DNA from: Lama glama
Taxonomy: Eukaryota
Assembly (NCBI GenBank): GCA_028534125.1
Contig: CM052831.1
Coordinates: 26,970,001-27,034,000 of the forward strand
DNA: 64,000 bases
Reading direction: 5' to 3'
Numbering within the stretch: the first letter of the stretch is position 1; each line of letters starts with the position of its first letter. Shown in pieces: positions 1-11,129 of the stretch. The notes under the pieces were generated by a model. It did not search any database. It saw nothing but the letters and a program-made list of their open reading frames with translations, and was not told where the DNA came from. A program made the translations under genes and the position numbers.

Positions 1-340
1 CACCCTTGGCTTCTTGCTGTTCCTCAAACATGCAGGTACACCCCCTCATCAGGGCCTTTATATTAACTGTTCTCTTTACAAGAAATGCTCTTGTCAAAGA
101 TATCCACACTGCTCACCAGCTTATTTCCTTCCGGTCTGCTTAAATGTCATCTTCTCAAAATGGTCTTTTCTGGCCAACCTATTAAAATAGTAACCCTACT
201 ACAAGACACTGTACTTTTTTTCCTGGCTTATTGTCTGCCTTCCCCTGATAGAATGTAAACTAAAAGTAAAGGAGGCCTTAGTTTTATTCATTGCTGTATC
301 CTCAGAGTCTAGAACAGCAGCAGGTAGAATCTGCCCAACA
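1..340 (+). mobile_element. L2 LINE 3' fragment
   Basis: Typical L2 3' motifs (aaatgtcatcttctca, tagaatgtaaact...aggcctta, tattcattgctgtatcc). Approximate. Confidence 0.65.
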
Positions 341-1091
341 AGATCGTACACAAAGACTGTACATATCCCTCCAATTAAAACTTCCATCACACATACTTAA
401 AAAAAAAAAAAGCCAAGAAAACAGTTCAGAACCCTGCACGCCCTGCTACTTAGAATGAAACAACTTCTTATAAGAAAATACTTTATTTTCTACAAAATAT
501 ACTAACGAATGGCTGGATTCCCTAAAGGCAAAACGTTAATGCTAAGCCCACACTTGCTTCAAAGTCTGTTAGTACAGAATGCTTTGGTTTATCACACAAG
601 ACTTGCACTAAGTCATTTTCCCACGAACCAAGAAATCCTGGCTAAAGATACTTAAGGAAAAATGAAAGCAGAGTTAACCTATTAACGATATACAACGATT
701 AGGAAATATAGAATAGAGGAGTCCAAAGCTCAAAGTACACAGTGAGATACCAGAAATCGGAATTCAGAGTGTTTGCCCACTAGAGACACAGAGAGGAAAA
801 GTCCAAAAAGGATCGCACCCGTTCTCTTGGCGCTAAGTATGGCATGAACTCTCGGTCCAGGAGTGCAGAGGGGCATGGAATTTGAGAGGGCGAGGCCTGG
901 ACTCCGATTAGGGTGGGAGTGGGGTACGCGGGCCACCCCTCTCTCCATAGATTTTCGCTCAGGAGAAAAGGGAGCGCTGACTGCGCCTACCAGCTCCCAA
1001 AAAGGCTTCAGGGAGGGATGATGAGGATAGACCCCTCCCCTTCCCCAAGGCAAGCCCAGGCCCCGCAGGACTCCCCGGTCTCCCGGCTCAC

Positions 1092-1149
1092 CCGGCTCCC
1101 GGTTGATCTCGATGTCGAAGTGGCACTGCGGCCGGTCCTGTGCCCCCAT
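1092..1149 (-). CDS. NKTR: NK-tumor recognition protein (cyclophilin-domain, RS-rich), first coding exon; gene continues off the left edge
   Basis: ATG at 1149 gives MGAQDRPQCHFDIEINREP, then G|GTGAG donor at 1091. Acceptor tctcccag just upstream of 1172, so the whole exon is 1092-1172. Confidence 0.95.
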
Positions 1150-1357
1150 CGCGACCGAGGTGGCGGCAAGAGCTGGGAGAGATGGGGAGGAAAGCGGTCA
1201 GGGAGGGAGATAAGGCGGGGGCTGGGGCGGAGCCCGCGCCTCTGTCGCCTCCCGCCGGCCTGTCGCGACAGCGCCGAAGGCCGGGACGGGGCGCCCCCTC
1301 ACCCAAGGCCTCCCGGTTCCCATGGAGCGCGCACACACATGCAGGCGAGCTCTTCAC

Positions 1358-1500
1358 CTGGCTGGCCTCCAGCCTGAGCAGCTCCTCGCGAGCAGAGGAG
1401 AGAGCGCTGCCACCGCGGCCGGAGCCCAACGCCACTAACGGACCACCACCCCCGCCCCCAGACCCGGCCTCCTAGTGCCACGCTAAACCCCGCGAGAGTC
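1358..1500 (-). other. NKTR: Probable NKTR non-coding exon 1
   Basis: Minus-strand donor CAG|GTGAAG at 1358/1357 inside the CpG island. An alternative donor GG|GTGAGG lies near 1302. TSS approximate. Confidence 0.55.
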
Positions 1501-1959
1501 GAGACAAATACCGCGAGAGCACGGTCTCGAAGGAGGTGGTTAACCGAAGGGGTGTGCGTACGTGGGCGTGCCTGGGAGCTGGAAGAGCCTCCAGACCCGC
1601 CGATCCTATACCTGAGCGAGTCCTTTTTCTGCCCTGCCCTTTCCCCCCTTTACGTTAGAATCAGTCCCCCAATCTGAGAGCACTGGGCGCGCCTGCGCCC
1701 TTTACTTCCGGTCTTCCTTCTGAAGTGCCGTCTACACGTTTACGGATATCGCGAGGCTTCTCTGTTGCCTACAGCTGCGGAACAGTTGTGAGAAGGCAGT
1801 CGTTGAAGTTTAGTAAACTGACAGAACTTTGGCTTTTCTCTTTCTTGAGGTGTAGTGATGACACTGTCCTGCTAGACCGTTTGTCTCACTTCAAAGACCT
1901 TTTAGGCTGAGGTGTGCGTTCGTTCCCACGATGCTTTGGCGCCAACATCACTGGTATAG

Positions 1960-3510
1960 TTGTGTTCAAGGCCATTCTACCTCTTCTGTGAAGAGTCAGG
2001 TGAAGACCTTCGCCCTTTTTTAAAATCGAGTTCTTCGCCTTATTTATTATAGAATGCAAGAGTTCTGGGTACTAACATGTTGTCAGATGATATCTGTACG
2101 CTCTGAATACAAATCTTTTGTTAGATTTATAGAATTGCGAATATTTTCTCCCAGTCTGAGCCTTTTCATTGTTTCAACAGTGGTTGGTGCAAAGCAGGCT
2201 TTAATTTTTGGTGGTCATTTGATCAGTTTTTTTCTTTTATGGTTTGTGCTTTTACGTGTGAGAAATCTTTGCCTACCCCAAGCTCATGAAGATTTTCTCG
2301 TATGTTTTAGAAGTTTTGTAGTCTTACCTTTTTAAGTCTATGATCTGTAAGAATTTTTCAGTATGTTGTCAGAAGTTGAGTTTATTTATTTATTTTTCCT
2401 GTAGGTAGTTCTGCCACCACTTGTTGAAAAGACTGTGTTTTATCTATTGAATTACCTTGGCTTGTGGCCAAATGTGTGCAGGTTCTATTTCTGGACTCTG
2501 ATTTGTTACATTTATGCATCTTGAGGCTGGGGACACACTTGAGTTTTTATTGTTGTTTTCAGGTTTTTTTTTTAATTGTAAAATATACTTTACATAAAAT
2601 TTTTGCTTAACTATTTTTAAGTGTACAGTTCAGAGGCATTAAGTACATTCACATTATTGTGCAAACATCACCACCGTCTATCCACTGAAACATTTTTCAT
2701 CTTGCAAAACTGAAACTTTATACCAATTAAACAATAACTTCCTCTACCCAGGCTGTAGCAACCATTCTCTACTTTTTTTTTTTTTTAAAGTTTTACTTTA
2801 TTGTGGTAAGGACACAACATGAGCTCCACCTCTTGACAGTGTTCAGTGGTATTGTTAGCTATAGGCCCAATGTTGTACAGCAGATTTATAGGATGTATTC
2901 ATCTTGCATAACTAAAATTGTATGCCTATTGATTAACAGCTCCTTTCTACTTCCATCCCTTCCCTGGCAACCACTGTTTATTGTTTGCTTTTATGAGTTT
3001 GACTCTTATATACCTTAAGTAAGTGGAATCACTCAGTGTGAATCATTTGTCTGGCTTATTTCACTTAGCATAATGCGCTAAGTTTATATGTATTGTCATA
3101 TATCGCAGGATTTCTTTCTTTAAGGCTAACAAATATGCCATTGNNNNNNNNNNNNNNNNNNNNNNNNNNNNNNNNNNNNNNNNNNNNNNNNNNNNNNNNN
3201 NNNNNNNNNNNNNNNNNNNNNNNNNNNNNNNNNNNNNNNNNNNNNNNNNNNNNNNNNNNNNNNNNNNNNNNNNNNNNNNNNNNNNNNNNNNNNNNNNNNN
3301 NNNNNNNNNNGTCATAAGCTAATTCTATTTTTAATTTTTTGAGGAACTGCTATATGGTTTTCCATAGCAACTTCACTATTTTACATTCCCACAAGCAGTG
3401 CATGAGACTTTTAATTTCTCCACATCCTCTTCAACACTTGTAAAATTCTGTTTTTTTATAATCACCAACCTAATAGGTGTGAAGTGGCACATGGTTTTGA
3501 TTACTGTGGT
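1960..3510 (-). mobile_element. Cluster of old L1 (L1MA/L1MB-like) 3' fragments
   Basis: T-rich plus strand with L1 3'UTR motifs (aagtgtacagttcag, aagtggaatca...gtctggcttatttcacttagcataatg, ttacattcccacaagcagtg). Confidence 0.75.
3144..3310. other. Assembly gap (167 N)
   Basis: Run of N inside L1 sequence. Confidence 1.
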
Positions 3511-4939
3511 TTCATCATAAATTTCAAAATCAAGGTCACTGAGGTAGTTTCTAACCTGCTTCTGTACCTGTGCCTCATGTGTCAAATACAGACAGATCTT
3601 TGATTCTTCCACACCATCAAGAAAGTGCTGTCCCTGTCAGAGTTTGCCAGTTCTACCTCTGTGAGAGTACAGTATCTATCAGAGCCACAGTCTCCTGGGT
3701 TTCACGTTTGTAACTAGGCTGAATTGAGAAGCTAGTGGTCCTGGGTCTGATTTTGCTTACAGTATTACAGCTAACCATTTATAGGTTTGAAAAACATGAA
3801 ATGTAATGCCTATTTAGAGATGAAATGGGTCGGTAAAGCTAATTTTCACACCAAGATTCATGAAACGAAAGGATGGGGATCACTGCCTAGCTTTGTAATT
3901 ACTGTGCTTTGGGGCAGCTAGCTTCAGTGTAAGTAAGCTTTAGAGCCCAAGAAGGAATTACTTAATTTGGGAGTGTACTTAAAGTACTTTAAATCTCCTG
4001 AAATTCAGTCTTGACACTCCAATAAAGTCTCCTTCCTGCCACTGATAATGTGACCTGGGGGCAAATCACTTTGATCTCTCTGGAGTTAAGTTTCTTCTTC
4101 TGTAAAATAAGCAGGAGGAAATACATTCTGTCTAGGTTCCCTCCTTGTTCAGAGTTCTTTTATTCTGCCCTATGGATTGAAATTCTGTTTCAGATAATAG
4201 AAGATAAATTATGCTATTTGGTCTGTGGTCAAGGTGAAGAAACTGCTGGACAGGCAGACTTAGGGTTAGCAACCACCAAAAGGACTGATACTTCCCTTCT
4301 TATCCTCAAGAGTAGTAGAAAATCAGTGTCCAAGGAGTTTACAAACTCAGGATCGATTTGGCTGTGACTGTCAAAAGGAGAACCCTTGGTACTAGCAGTT
4401 CTCACACAATGATTTAGTGGCTTGTTCTCCTTCCGTGTCTTTCCCCTCTCCCTTACTCCTTCCTGAGCAAGCATCATGTCACAAATAAACCTGCACCCAA
4501 GGCCTTGTTTCAGGCTCTGCTTCAGGGGAGGCTGAAAGTGAAACATCAGCTGGTGTTCACATGCCAGTAAGAGCCAGACCCTGTGTAAACAAGTCACCCT
4601 GTCTAACTAAGGGGGTCAGCTGCCCTCTCACTCCAGCTGATGGTTGCCATGTGGCTCTGTAAGCCCAGCCTTGCTAGAAATCCAGCCTTTCATGGGGAAT
4701 CCTCTTATCTTTAAATGTTAGCAACTAATTCAGAACTAAAGACACTGTCCAGCGCCCACCATGTCTGCTGATCAGATGCAGCCCATGAGCAGCCTACTTG
4801 GTAGAGTATGAGCACCAACCACGTGACTAGTAGAGGGAGGAGACCAATAATGACCTAGAACCCTAAGGATGGCAGAATGGATGGGGGAGCAGCCTCCCTC
4901 CCAGACTTGAGAAGGTTCAGAGCCTTCAGTTAACACAGA

Positions 4940-5120
4940 GCTAACACACTCGAACGTTTACCATGTGCCTAGCTCTCAACTGTGTTATCTCAATCTCACA
5001 GCCTCGGGAGGCAGATACTACTTTCATTATCCCCATTTTAGAGCTGAGGAAACAGAGCTTTCAGAGATTTTGATAGGTCTAAGATTCAAAGTGAGATGTC
5101 TCTTCACTGTTCACACATTA
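4940..5120 (-). mobile_element. MIR SINE
   Basis: Core-like attatccccattttagagctgaggaaacagag. Approximate. Confidence 0.65.
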
Positions 5121-5756
5121 TAGCCTCCCTTGGTTGCAACCCTTGACTTCAAAAGGAGCCAGGAACCTGAGGCTTTCATTTGGGGTTCACTTACAAGTAT
5201 CTCTTTGCCTCATTTTACAGATGAGTCTCAAAGAGGGAAAGTTCTTTATAGAACAAAACTAATAAAGGCAGAAAGAATGATAAAACAGAAAATTACTATT
5301 AGTTAATCCCCAATGAAGTAACAGATCAAAGCTGGGTAGATCATAATTTAAGTGAAAAGATAACGGGAACTTGATAGTAAGTCAAATCAGGTTATTTCCA
5401 GGTGTGATGCAAAGGCAAGTTCCTGTTACTTCCTATGATGTATTCTTGCCAAAAATATTAGAACCTGAATCTGAATGAGCCTCTAGATCTACCATTTTAC
5501 AGGAAAAGTGGGAGGTTACTGGGACATATTTAATGACACCACAGGAATGCAACAGGCGAATGCAGAAATGTGAAAAGTTTTAGAGTCATTATGACCTAGT
5601 TTGTTCAACAAATGGCAAAGGAAAAAAAAAAGGGAACTGTTAAACATTTTCAAGACTGAAAAGACATCAACAAAATGCAGTGTGTGAATCTTTTTTGGCT
5701 CCTGATTCAGACACATCAACAAAAAGATGTTTTGTGACAAAAGAACATTATTGGGA

Positions 5757-6219
5757 TTTAGGGGATGCTCCAAAATATGGAGCGCCAAATACCTTGGTGT
5801 ATTGAATATTTTAAGCTGAAGGAGTCTAAGAAATGGCAGATGCTGGAAGAACTCTGACTTTCTCCCATGAAGTTGGTCATGAGACCCTCATATATGAGGT
5901 GCCCTCCCTATAACCAGAGGGACACTGAGATTTTGAACGAAAAGGCCTTGCCAAGTTTACCCCCGTTTACTACTCTCATCTCATACCCTTTTGTCCGATC
6001 ACATTTCTCCCCATGAGTTTCTACTTTTCATCAAACCTAGTATAAAACCCCTCAGGTTCAACTGGTTTTTGGGGGGAGTTCATTTCCTTATGAAGGCTCC
6101 CATGTCAGGGAAGACTTAAATATATATGCTTTTCTTTTGTTAATCTGTCTTTTGTTATAAAGCCTCAGCTGACAACCTTAAAAGGATAGAAGGAAAAACA
6201 TATTTTTCCTCCCCTGTCA
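5757..6219 (+). mobile_element. Solo ERV1 LTR (MER34/MER39-like) inserted in an old L1 3' end
   Basis: Begins tttagggg...caaaatatg, has internal tataaaa, ends tttttcctcccctgtca. L1M-like sequence flanks both sides. Confidence 0.65.
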
Positions 6220-6395
6220 TATCTTCTATTATTAGATGATGTTAGATAATAATTAAGAATTACTATTAATTTTGTTAGCCAGAATAATGGTGGTATTACA
6301 TAAATTTTTAACTTCTTACAGTTTTTCTCAAAAACTAAAGGCTTATTACATGAAAATTTCTATACCTCATATCAGTCTTCTGTGGATAGGAAAGC

Positions 6396-6401
6396 TTTAT
6401 T
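6396..6401 (-). terminator. SS18L2: Candidate SS18L2 polyadenylation signal AATAAA
   Basis: Plus-strand tttatt, ~450 nt after the stop codon. Confidence 0.65.
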
Positions 6402-6848
6402 TCAAAGCAACCTGAAAAGAACAGTCGGGGGTCCACAACCACAAACTGGTAGGAGGGAGCACACAGTTACACGTCCATTTGGCAGGGTTTCAGTCCAGAG
6501 TCTTGTCAGTTCCTGCTGATTGCCCAACACCTTCTCAGTTTCCTCTTCAGGTTGAAACTAAAAAGGCAGACTTGAAGATGCCCATGTCTTTGTTGTCCAA
6601 ACACACCTATTTCAGGAAGGAGGACATCTGGAGTCAACTTAATTGAGGGAGTCCACTTAATTATTAACTTAAATATTTACACTGAGAATACAGTTAATTT
6701 AGTAGCTTTCTTCACATTTTCTCATTTTTAAAAGAGCCACAGAGGTTTCATTCATGTTTTAAGCAGTTGAGTTGGTAAAGATCCTGTCTCCATTTCATAG
6801 GAAGTAGATTATATTCAGTTTTCTTACAATAGCCAACCAACTGGAAGA

Positions 6849-6936
6849 TTATTCCATTGCTTTTGAAGCACCTGTTGGATTGGCATCTGCGATGGTGGCC
6901 AAATAAATGAGATTTCTGTGTAACACATGCTGGTAC
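6849..6936 (-). CDS. SS18L2: SS18-like protein 2, coding exon 3 (last)
   Basis: Acceptor cccatag|G; YQHVLHRNLIYLATIADANPTGASKAME*. Exons 69+77+88 = 234 nt = 77 aa + stop. Confidence 0.97.
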
Positions 6937-7089
6937 CTATGGGTGAAAAACAGGTAAAAATTAGAGGCTTGTTTTTACTGAACATGAACAAAAAACTGGA
7001 AAAGAATTTACCCACTCTAGTGAATGGCTCATCCACTGATTGGATGACTCAATGTTATCAACCATCTTATTTAACATTTGCAAGGAAAA

Positions 7090-7730
7090 CAGATCCAGAA
7101 TCTTACCTGTTCTCTCTTCTCACTTCCACAGCTACCTCTCTAGTCCAGGCCACAATCTATTCTTGCTTAGACTACTGTATTGGAACAGTCTCCTGGTTTC
7201 CCAGCTCTAGCTCTGCACCCTGACTCGAATTCTCCACATAGCATCCTGAGTGATCACTAAAATTTAAGTCAAGATCATATCATACTTCTGTTCAAAACCC
7301 TCCAAAGGCTCCCATCTCATTATGAGTAAACCTAAGCCCTTCTGGTGGCCTATGAGGCACTACATGATCAGGGCCTCCAGTTACCCTCTCTGATCTCATC
7401 TCTAACCACTTTCCCTTTACTCACTGAGTTCTGGCCACAGTGGCCTCCTTACTGTGACTTGAAAATATCCAGCAGGCTCCAGCCTGGGGGCTTTTCCACC
7501 TGATGCTTTCTCTGATTCACATATCTGCCTAGCTGCCTCCATCACCTAACACATATACTCAAATGTTACATCCTGTGTAAATTAGCACTCTTCTCCCCAC
7601 TTACCCTGTTTTATTCTTATTCAAAGCACTTATTAGTATGTGCCTAATTGTATGATTCTAGAGTCTAGAATGTAAATTCCATGAAAACAGAGCTGGTATC
7701 TGTTTTGGTACTGATTCCCCAGTAGCTGAA
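7090..7730 (+). mobile_element. L2 fragment in SS18L2 intron 2
   Basis: L2 motifs (ctagtccaggccacaatc, ttcaaaaccctccaaaggctccc, ctagaatgtaaattccatga). Approximate. Confidence 0.65.
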
Positions 7731-7902
7731 CTTAAAGAAGGGACAAGACACTTCCCATGTTCAATGCACACTTACTATAACTAAGCCTCATCTGCGATTA
7801 ATCGCCCAAGACTCCTTTATCATATCAGCTGCTGCATCATCTCACTGGCTTCCCTTCCCCCCCCCCCCACTTAAAAGTCAGAGGAATAGGGAGGGGACTT
7901 AC

Positions 7903-7979
7903 TGGACGCACTCATTTGCCCGGCCTTTATTCTGACATTCCATGATACAGCGGATCAGCTGATCATTCTCCTCCAGGAG
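7903..7979 (-). CDS. SS18L2: SS18L2 coding exon 2 (SSXT/SNH domain)
   Basis: tttcag|LLEENDQLIRCIMECQNKGRANECVQ, donor CA|GTAAGT. Confidence 0.97.
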
Positions 7980-8189
7980 CTGAAAGGTCAGACAAAAACG
8001 GTGAGTGCAGCACGACATCAGGACGGCAGGGACCAATGCCCTCCCTCCCCACCGCCGCCCCAATGCTAGGCTTTCCAGCTCCAGCGCCTTTGCTGACTTC
8101 ATTCCCATCTCATTCCATCCCCCTGCGAGTCACTCTAGGCACACGACCAGTCTCAGCTGCTCCAGGAAGCTTCTAGCATCCTCAGCCTT

Positions 8190-8740
8190 TCGGGAACTCT
8201 ACAGCCCGCGTTAGCGCTCACCCGCTGGATCGTCTCCTGATTGACTTCCGCCTTGCCTCTCAGCCAGTCCGGTACGAAGGCCACAGACATCCCGGGAAGC
8301 CAGGTTGCAACACGGCCTTAGGTCCAACAGACCTCTGCGAACCTAAACCTGAGCCAGCCAGCAGCTCCAGACGCGCTACGGCCGCAGCGCGAACCCACGA
8401 TAGGTAAGTTTACGCTCTCAACGTTGATCGGGCCCGCCCATCCATGGGGCGGGGAACAGGCGGAACGTCACTTGTGATTGGGTGCGCAAGAGCGATGCTC
8501 AGCGTCCCTCCGAGGCCCCGCCCCTGGGGTTCTGGAGCTGTTTGTGGATCTTTTGCGTTTGCGCAGTCTGGAAAGCTAACCTCAGGGGCGGGGCTCGGCC
8601 TCAGCTCAGGGCACTGTCAGTCTGCGGGAGCACCTTGCTTGGGTCCCACAGGAATCAAGGAACCTGGATATCTAGCTTTAAGTCCGCAACTCTTTCGACA
8701 TCACTCTGGTGACTCCAGACCTGTGTCTAGAGCGTGAACC
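8190..8740. promoter_or_regulatory. CpG island / SS18L2 promoter
   Basis: CpG-rich. GC boxes GGGGCGGGG (~8446, ~8585), CRE half-site ACGTCA (~8465), CCAAT on the minus strand (~8478). Confidence 0.8.
8222..8290 (-). CDS. SS18L2: SS18L2 coding exon 1
   Basis: ATG at 8290; MSVAFVPDWLRGKAEVNQETIQR, donor CGG|GTGAGC. Confidence 0.97.
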
Positions 8741-9639
8741 CTGGGCATTGCCTCCTGCCAAGTCGAACCCTGCAGGCCCAAGGGAAACACTGGTGTCAGC
8801 TTTACTCTTTGCTGAGGAAGAAACTCGCATATAGGCCTATTTTTCCTTTGGGCAGTAATAATGCCTATCAGATTTACAACCCTAAAAAAGCACTATTATT
8901 TTCTCCTTTTTACAGTTGGGAAAACAGTTAAGTAACTTGCCCAGGGTCTCATAGTTCCTAAGGGGAAAACCAGTATCTGAACAGAGGCAGTCTGGCTTTT
9001 GAACTCTCACTCATAACCACTACCCTACACTGCCTGCGCACCAATGGCGGAGTTGGTTTACTGCAAGATACAGGGAGGAAGCTGTGCCAACCTCCTGGGC
9101 CACACTGTTACTGCTGGCAACTACTAAAACTCTGAAGTGGTTGTCTTCTCTCTTGTCTAGTCCATACATAGTGACCGTGGGAACAAGGTTGGTTTTCCCT
9201 GTAGTGCAGTGCAGAGTGAGAAGTAACCACTTTGTTTAGGAGGCAGACCTTGGAAAGACCTTTGGAACCCCAAAAGGGGTCTCAGGGCAATATTGCCTTC
9301 CAGAGCTTCATTTCTCTGAGTGGTGGCCCTGATCCAGAGCCAAAGGGACCAATAATTGGAGAGGAGGGCTGGGACTATAGGTACCACATCTAACTCCTGT
9401 TGCTCAACCCATTGTGATGCCTGAGCTACACCAACTGTACCAGTTAGAGGGTGCAAGGCCCTGTTCTAAAGCACTCACATTCCAGGTTCTGAGAGCCCAA
9501 GTCTCCACATTTGAAAGCTCTGGGTTTTTCTGAGTCTAGCACCAATTTTCCCCTCCCTATTTAGGCCAGAGTCTTGTATTTCATGACCTGTGGTGAGAAG
9601 TACAGGTCTTTATCCAACCATGTGAATGTACTTAGAGAG

Positions 9640-11120
9640 GGAGTCCTGGCCTCTTTTCTTGTCGTGTACATTGCAGTTTTCAATCTCCTTTACCAGCCAA
9701 ATCTCCTCATTTTACTCCTTTGTGCCTTTGATGACCTAGCCTCATGATCATTTGTCAACAAGCCAACCCTGACTCACAGTGGGAGGGAACTACATGAAGG
9801 TGTGAATACCAGGAGGTGGGGATTGCTGGAGGTCATTTTGGACTCTATATCTTTTCTGTTGTCATTTTGTAATTTTTTCTCTGGCCATGTAAGACCTGCT
9901 TCAATTTCCACCCTTGTGCTGAGGACTTTCAAAAGTCTATGTCCAGCCCAGACCTTTACATTGAACTGCAATCTGTATGTTTAACTGCCTACATTGACAT
10001 CCCAACCCGAAGTCTCAATGGTGTCTCAAATTCAACTTGTCTAAGATAGAACTAGTGATCAATCTTCTCTCCAAAATTAGATCCTCTTCCAGGTTCTGCA
10101 TAACTATGAATCCCTCCACTACCCGTCCATTCATTCAAGGCTGAACAATGGCATCATCCTTGAAGCTACTTCATCACCCGTTCATATCCAACTCATCACC
10201 AAGTCCTCCTGTTGATTTTTCCCTACATTTCTCTACAGACTACCCAATTCTCTTTCTCATCACCATCGCTCCAGCCTAGGCTCCAGCTTCATCCTCTCTT
10301 GCCCAGACAACTGCGTTGGCTTCCCAACTGATCCCACCACAGCTTCCATGTGCCTTCTCCACTTTGATCTTAACATCAGCAGCCAAAGTGAATTTTACCA
10401 AATGCAAATTTAATCAGTTTCCCTCTGTCCTAAACTCTACCATGGCTTCCAAGATCCTACATAGTCTTGCCTCTTCCATTCTCACTACTGGATCTCACTG
10501 AACTCATTTACTCTCTAAACTGAGTTTCTTCTTTTTCCTTTTTGGTGGCAAAATATACATAACATAAAATTTACCATTTTAACCATTTTCATGTGTACAG
10601 TTCCGTGACACTTAGTATATTTACATTGTTGTGCAACCATCACCACCATCCATTTCCTAAACGTTTTCATCTTCCCCAACTGAAACTCTGTCCCTATCAA
10701 CTCCCCATCCACCTCCCCTCTCTACCTCCTACACTGGGTTGCTTTTCATTTTTCAAAGGAGCCCTGCTGCAGTCCACACAAAGTTCTTTATATATACTGT
10801 TCCCTCTGTCAAAAACATTCTTCTCCCCTCTGCCTAGTTAGTTACTAATCATCCAGTGTCATGTTCTCAGGGAAGCCTCCTTGGACCCCCAAGTCCAGAC
10901 CAGAAGCTCCTGTAAATTCTCTTGAAAACCGTACTCCTCTCAGAAGAGCACATAGCTCAGTTTGTATTTAAATACGTGTTGTGTATTGTGGGATGGGTGC
11001 TTTCACTCTGCTCTCCTCACTTAACATAGTTTTTAGTGTCAGGATTTCCTCTCTGTGTCCCCAGTGCCTGCAGTAATGTCTGGCACGCAGCAGGTGCTTA
11101 AAATTGTTGAATGAATAAAT
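9640..11120 (+). mobile_element. L2 fragments interrupted by a minus-strand L1MB-like 3' end (~10540-10710)
   Basis: L2 terminus ccagtgcctgcagtaatgtctggcacg...ttgttgaatgaataaat. L1MB-like aaaatatacataacataaaatttaccattttaacc. Confidence 0.7.
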
Positions 11121-11129
11121 AGACGAAGT

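Larger units (their letters stand above)
860..1950. promoter_or_regulatory. CpG island / NKTR promoter (probably bidirectional)
   Basis: GC- and CpG-rich. ETS/GABP site ACTTCCGG at ~1704-1711, NRF1-like GCGCCTGCGC at ~1689-1698, several CGCG-element-like motifs. Boundaries approximate. Confidence 0.85.

Noticed and set aside
730-1091. Continuation of the 139-aa ORF after MGAQDRPQCHFDIEINREP
   Set aside because: Read-through into the NKTR intron past a canonical donor; NKTR similarity ends there.
913-1481. Several overlapping 110-154 aa ORFs
   Set aside because: GC-rich CpG-island ORFs with few stops and no recognisable domain.
3061-3317. ORFs made of X residues (also at 13797-14167)
   Set aside because: Artefacts of the N gaps.
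7930-7945. SS18L2 CIMECQNKG versus recalled human CIVEYQNKG
   Set aside because: This position varies among SS18 paralogs; not clearly notable.
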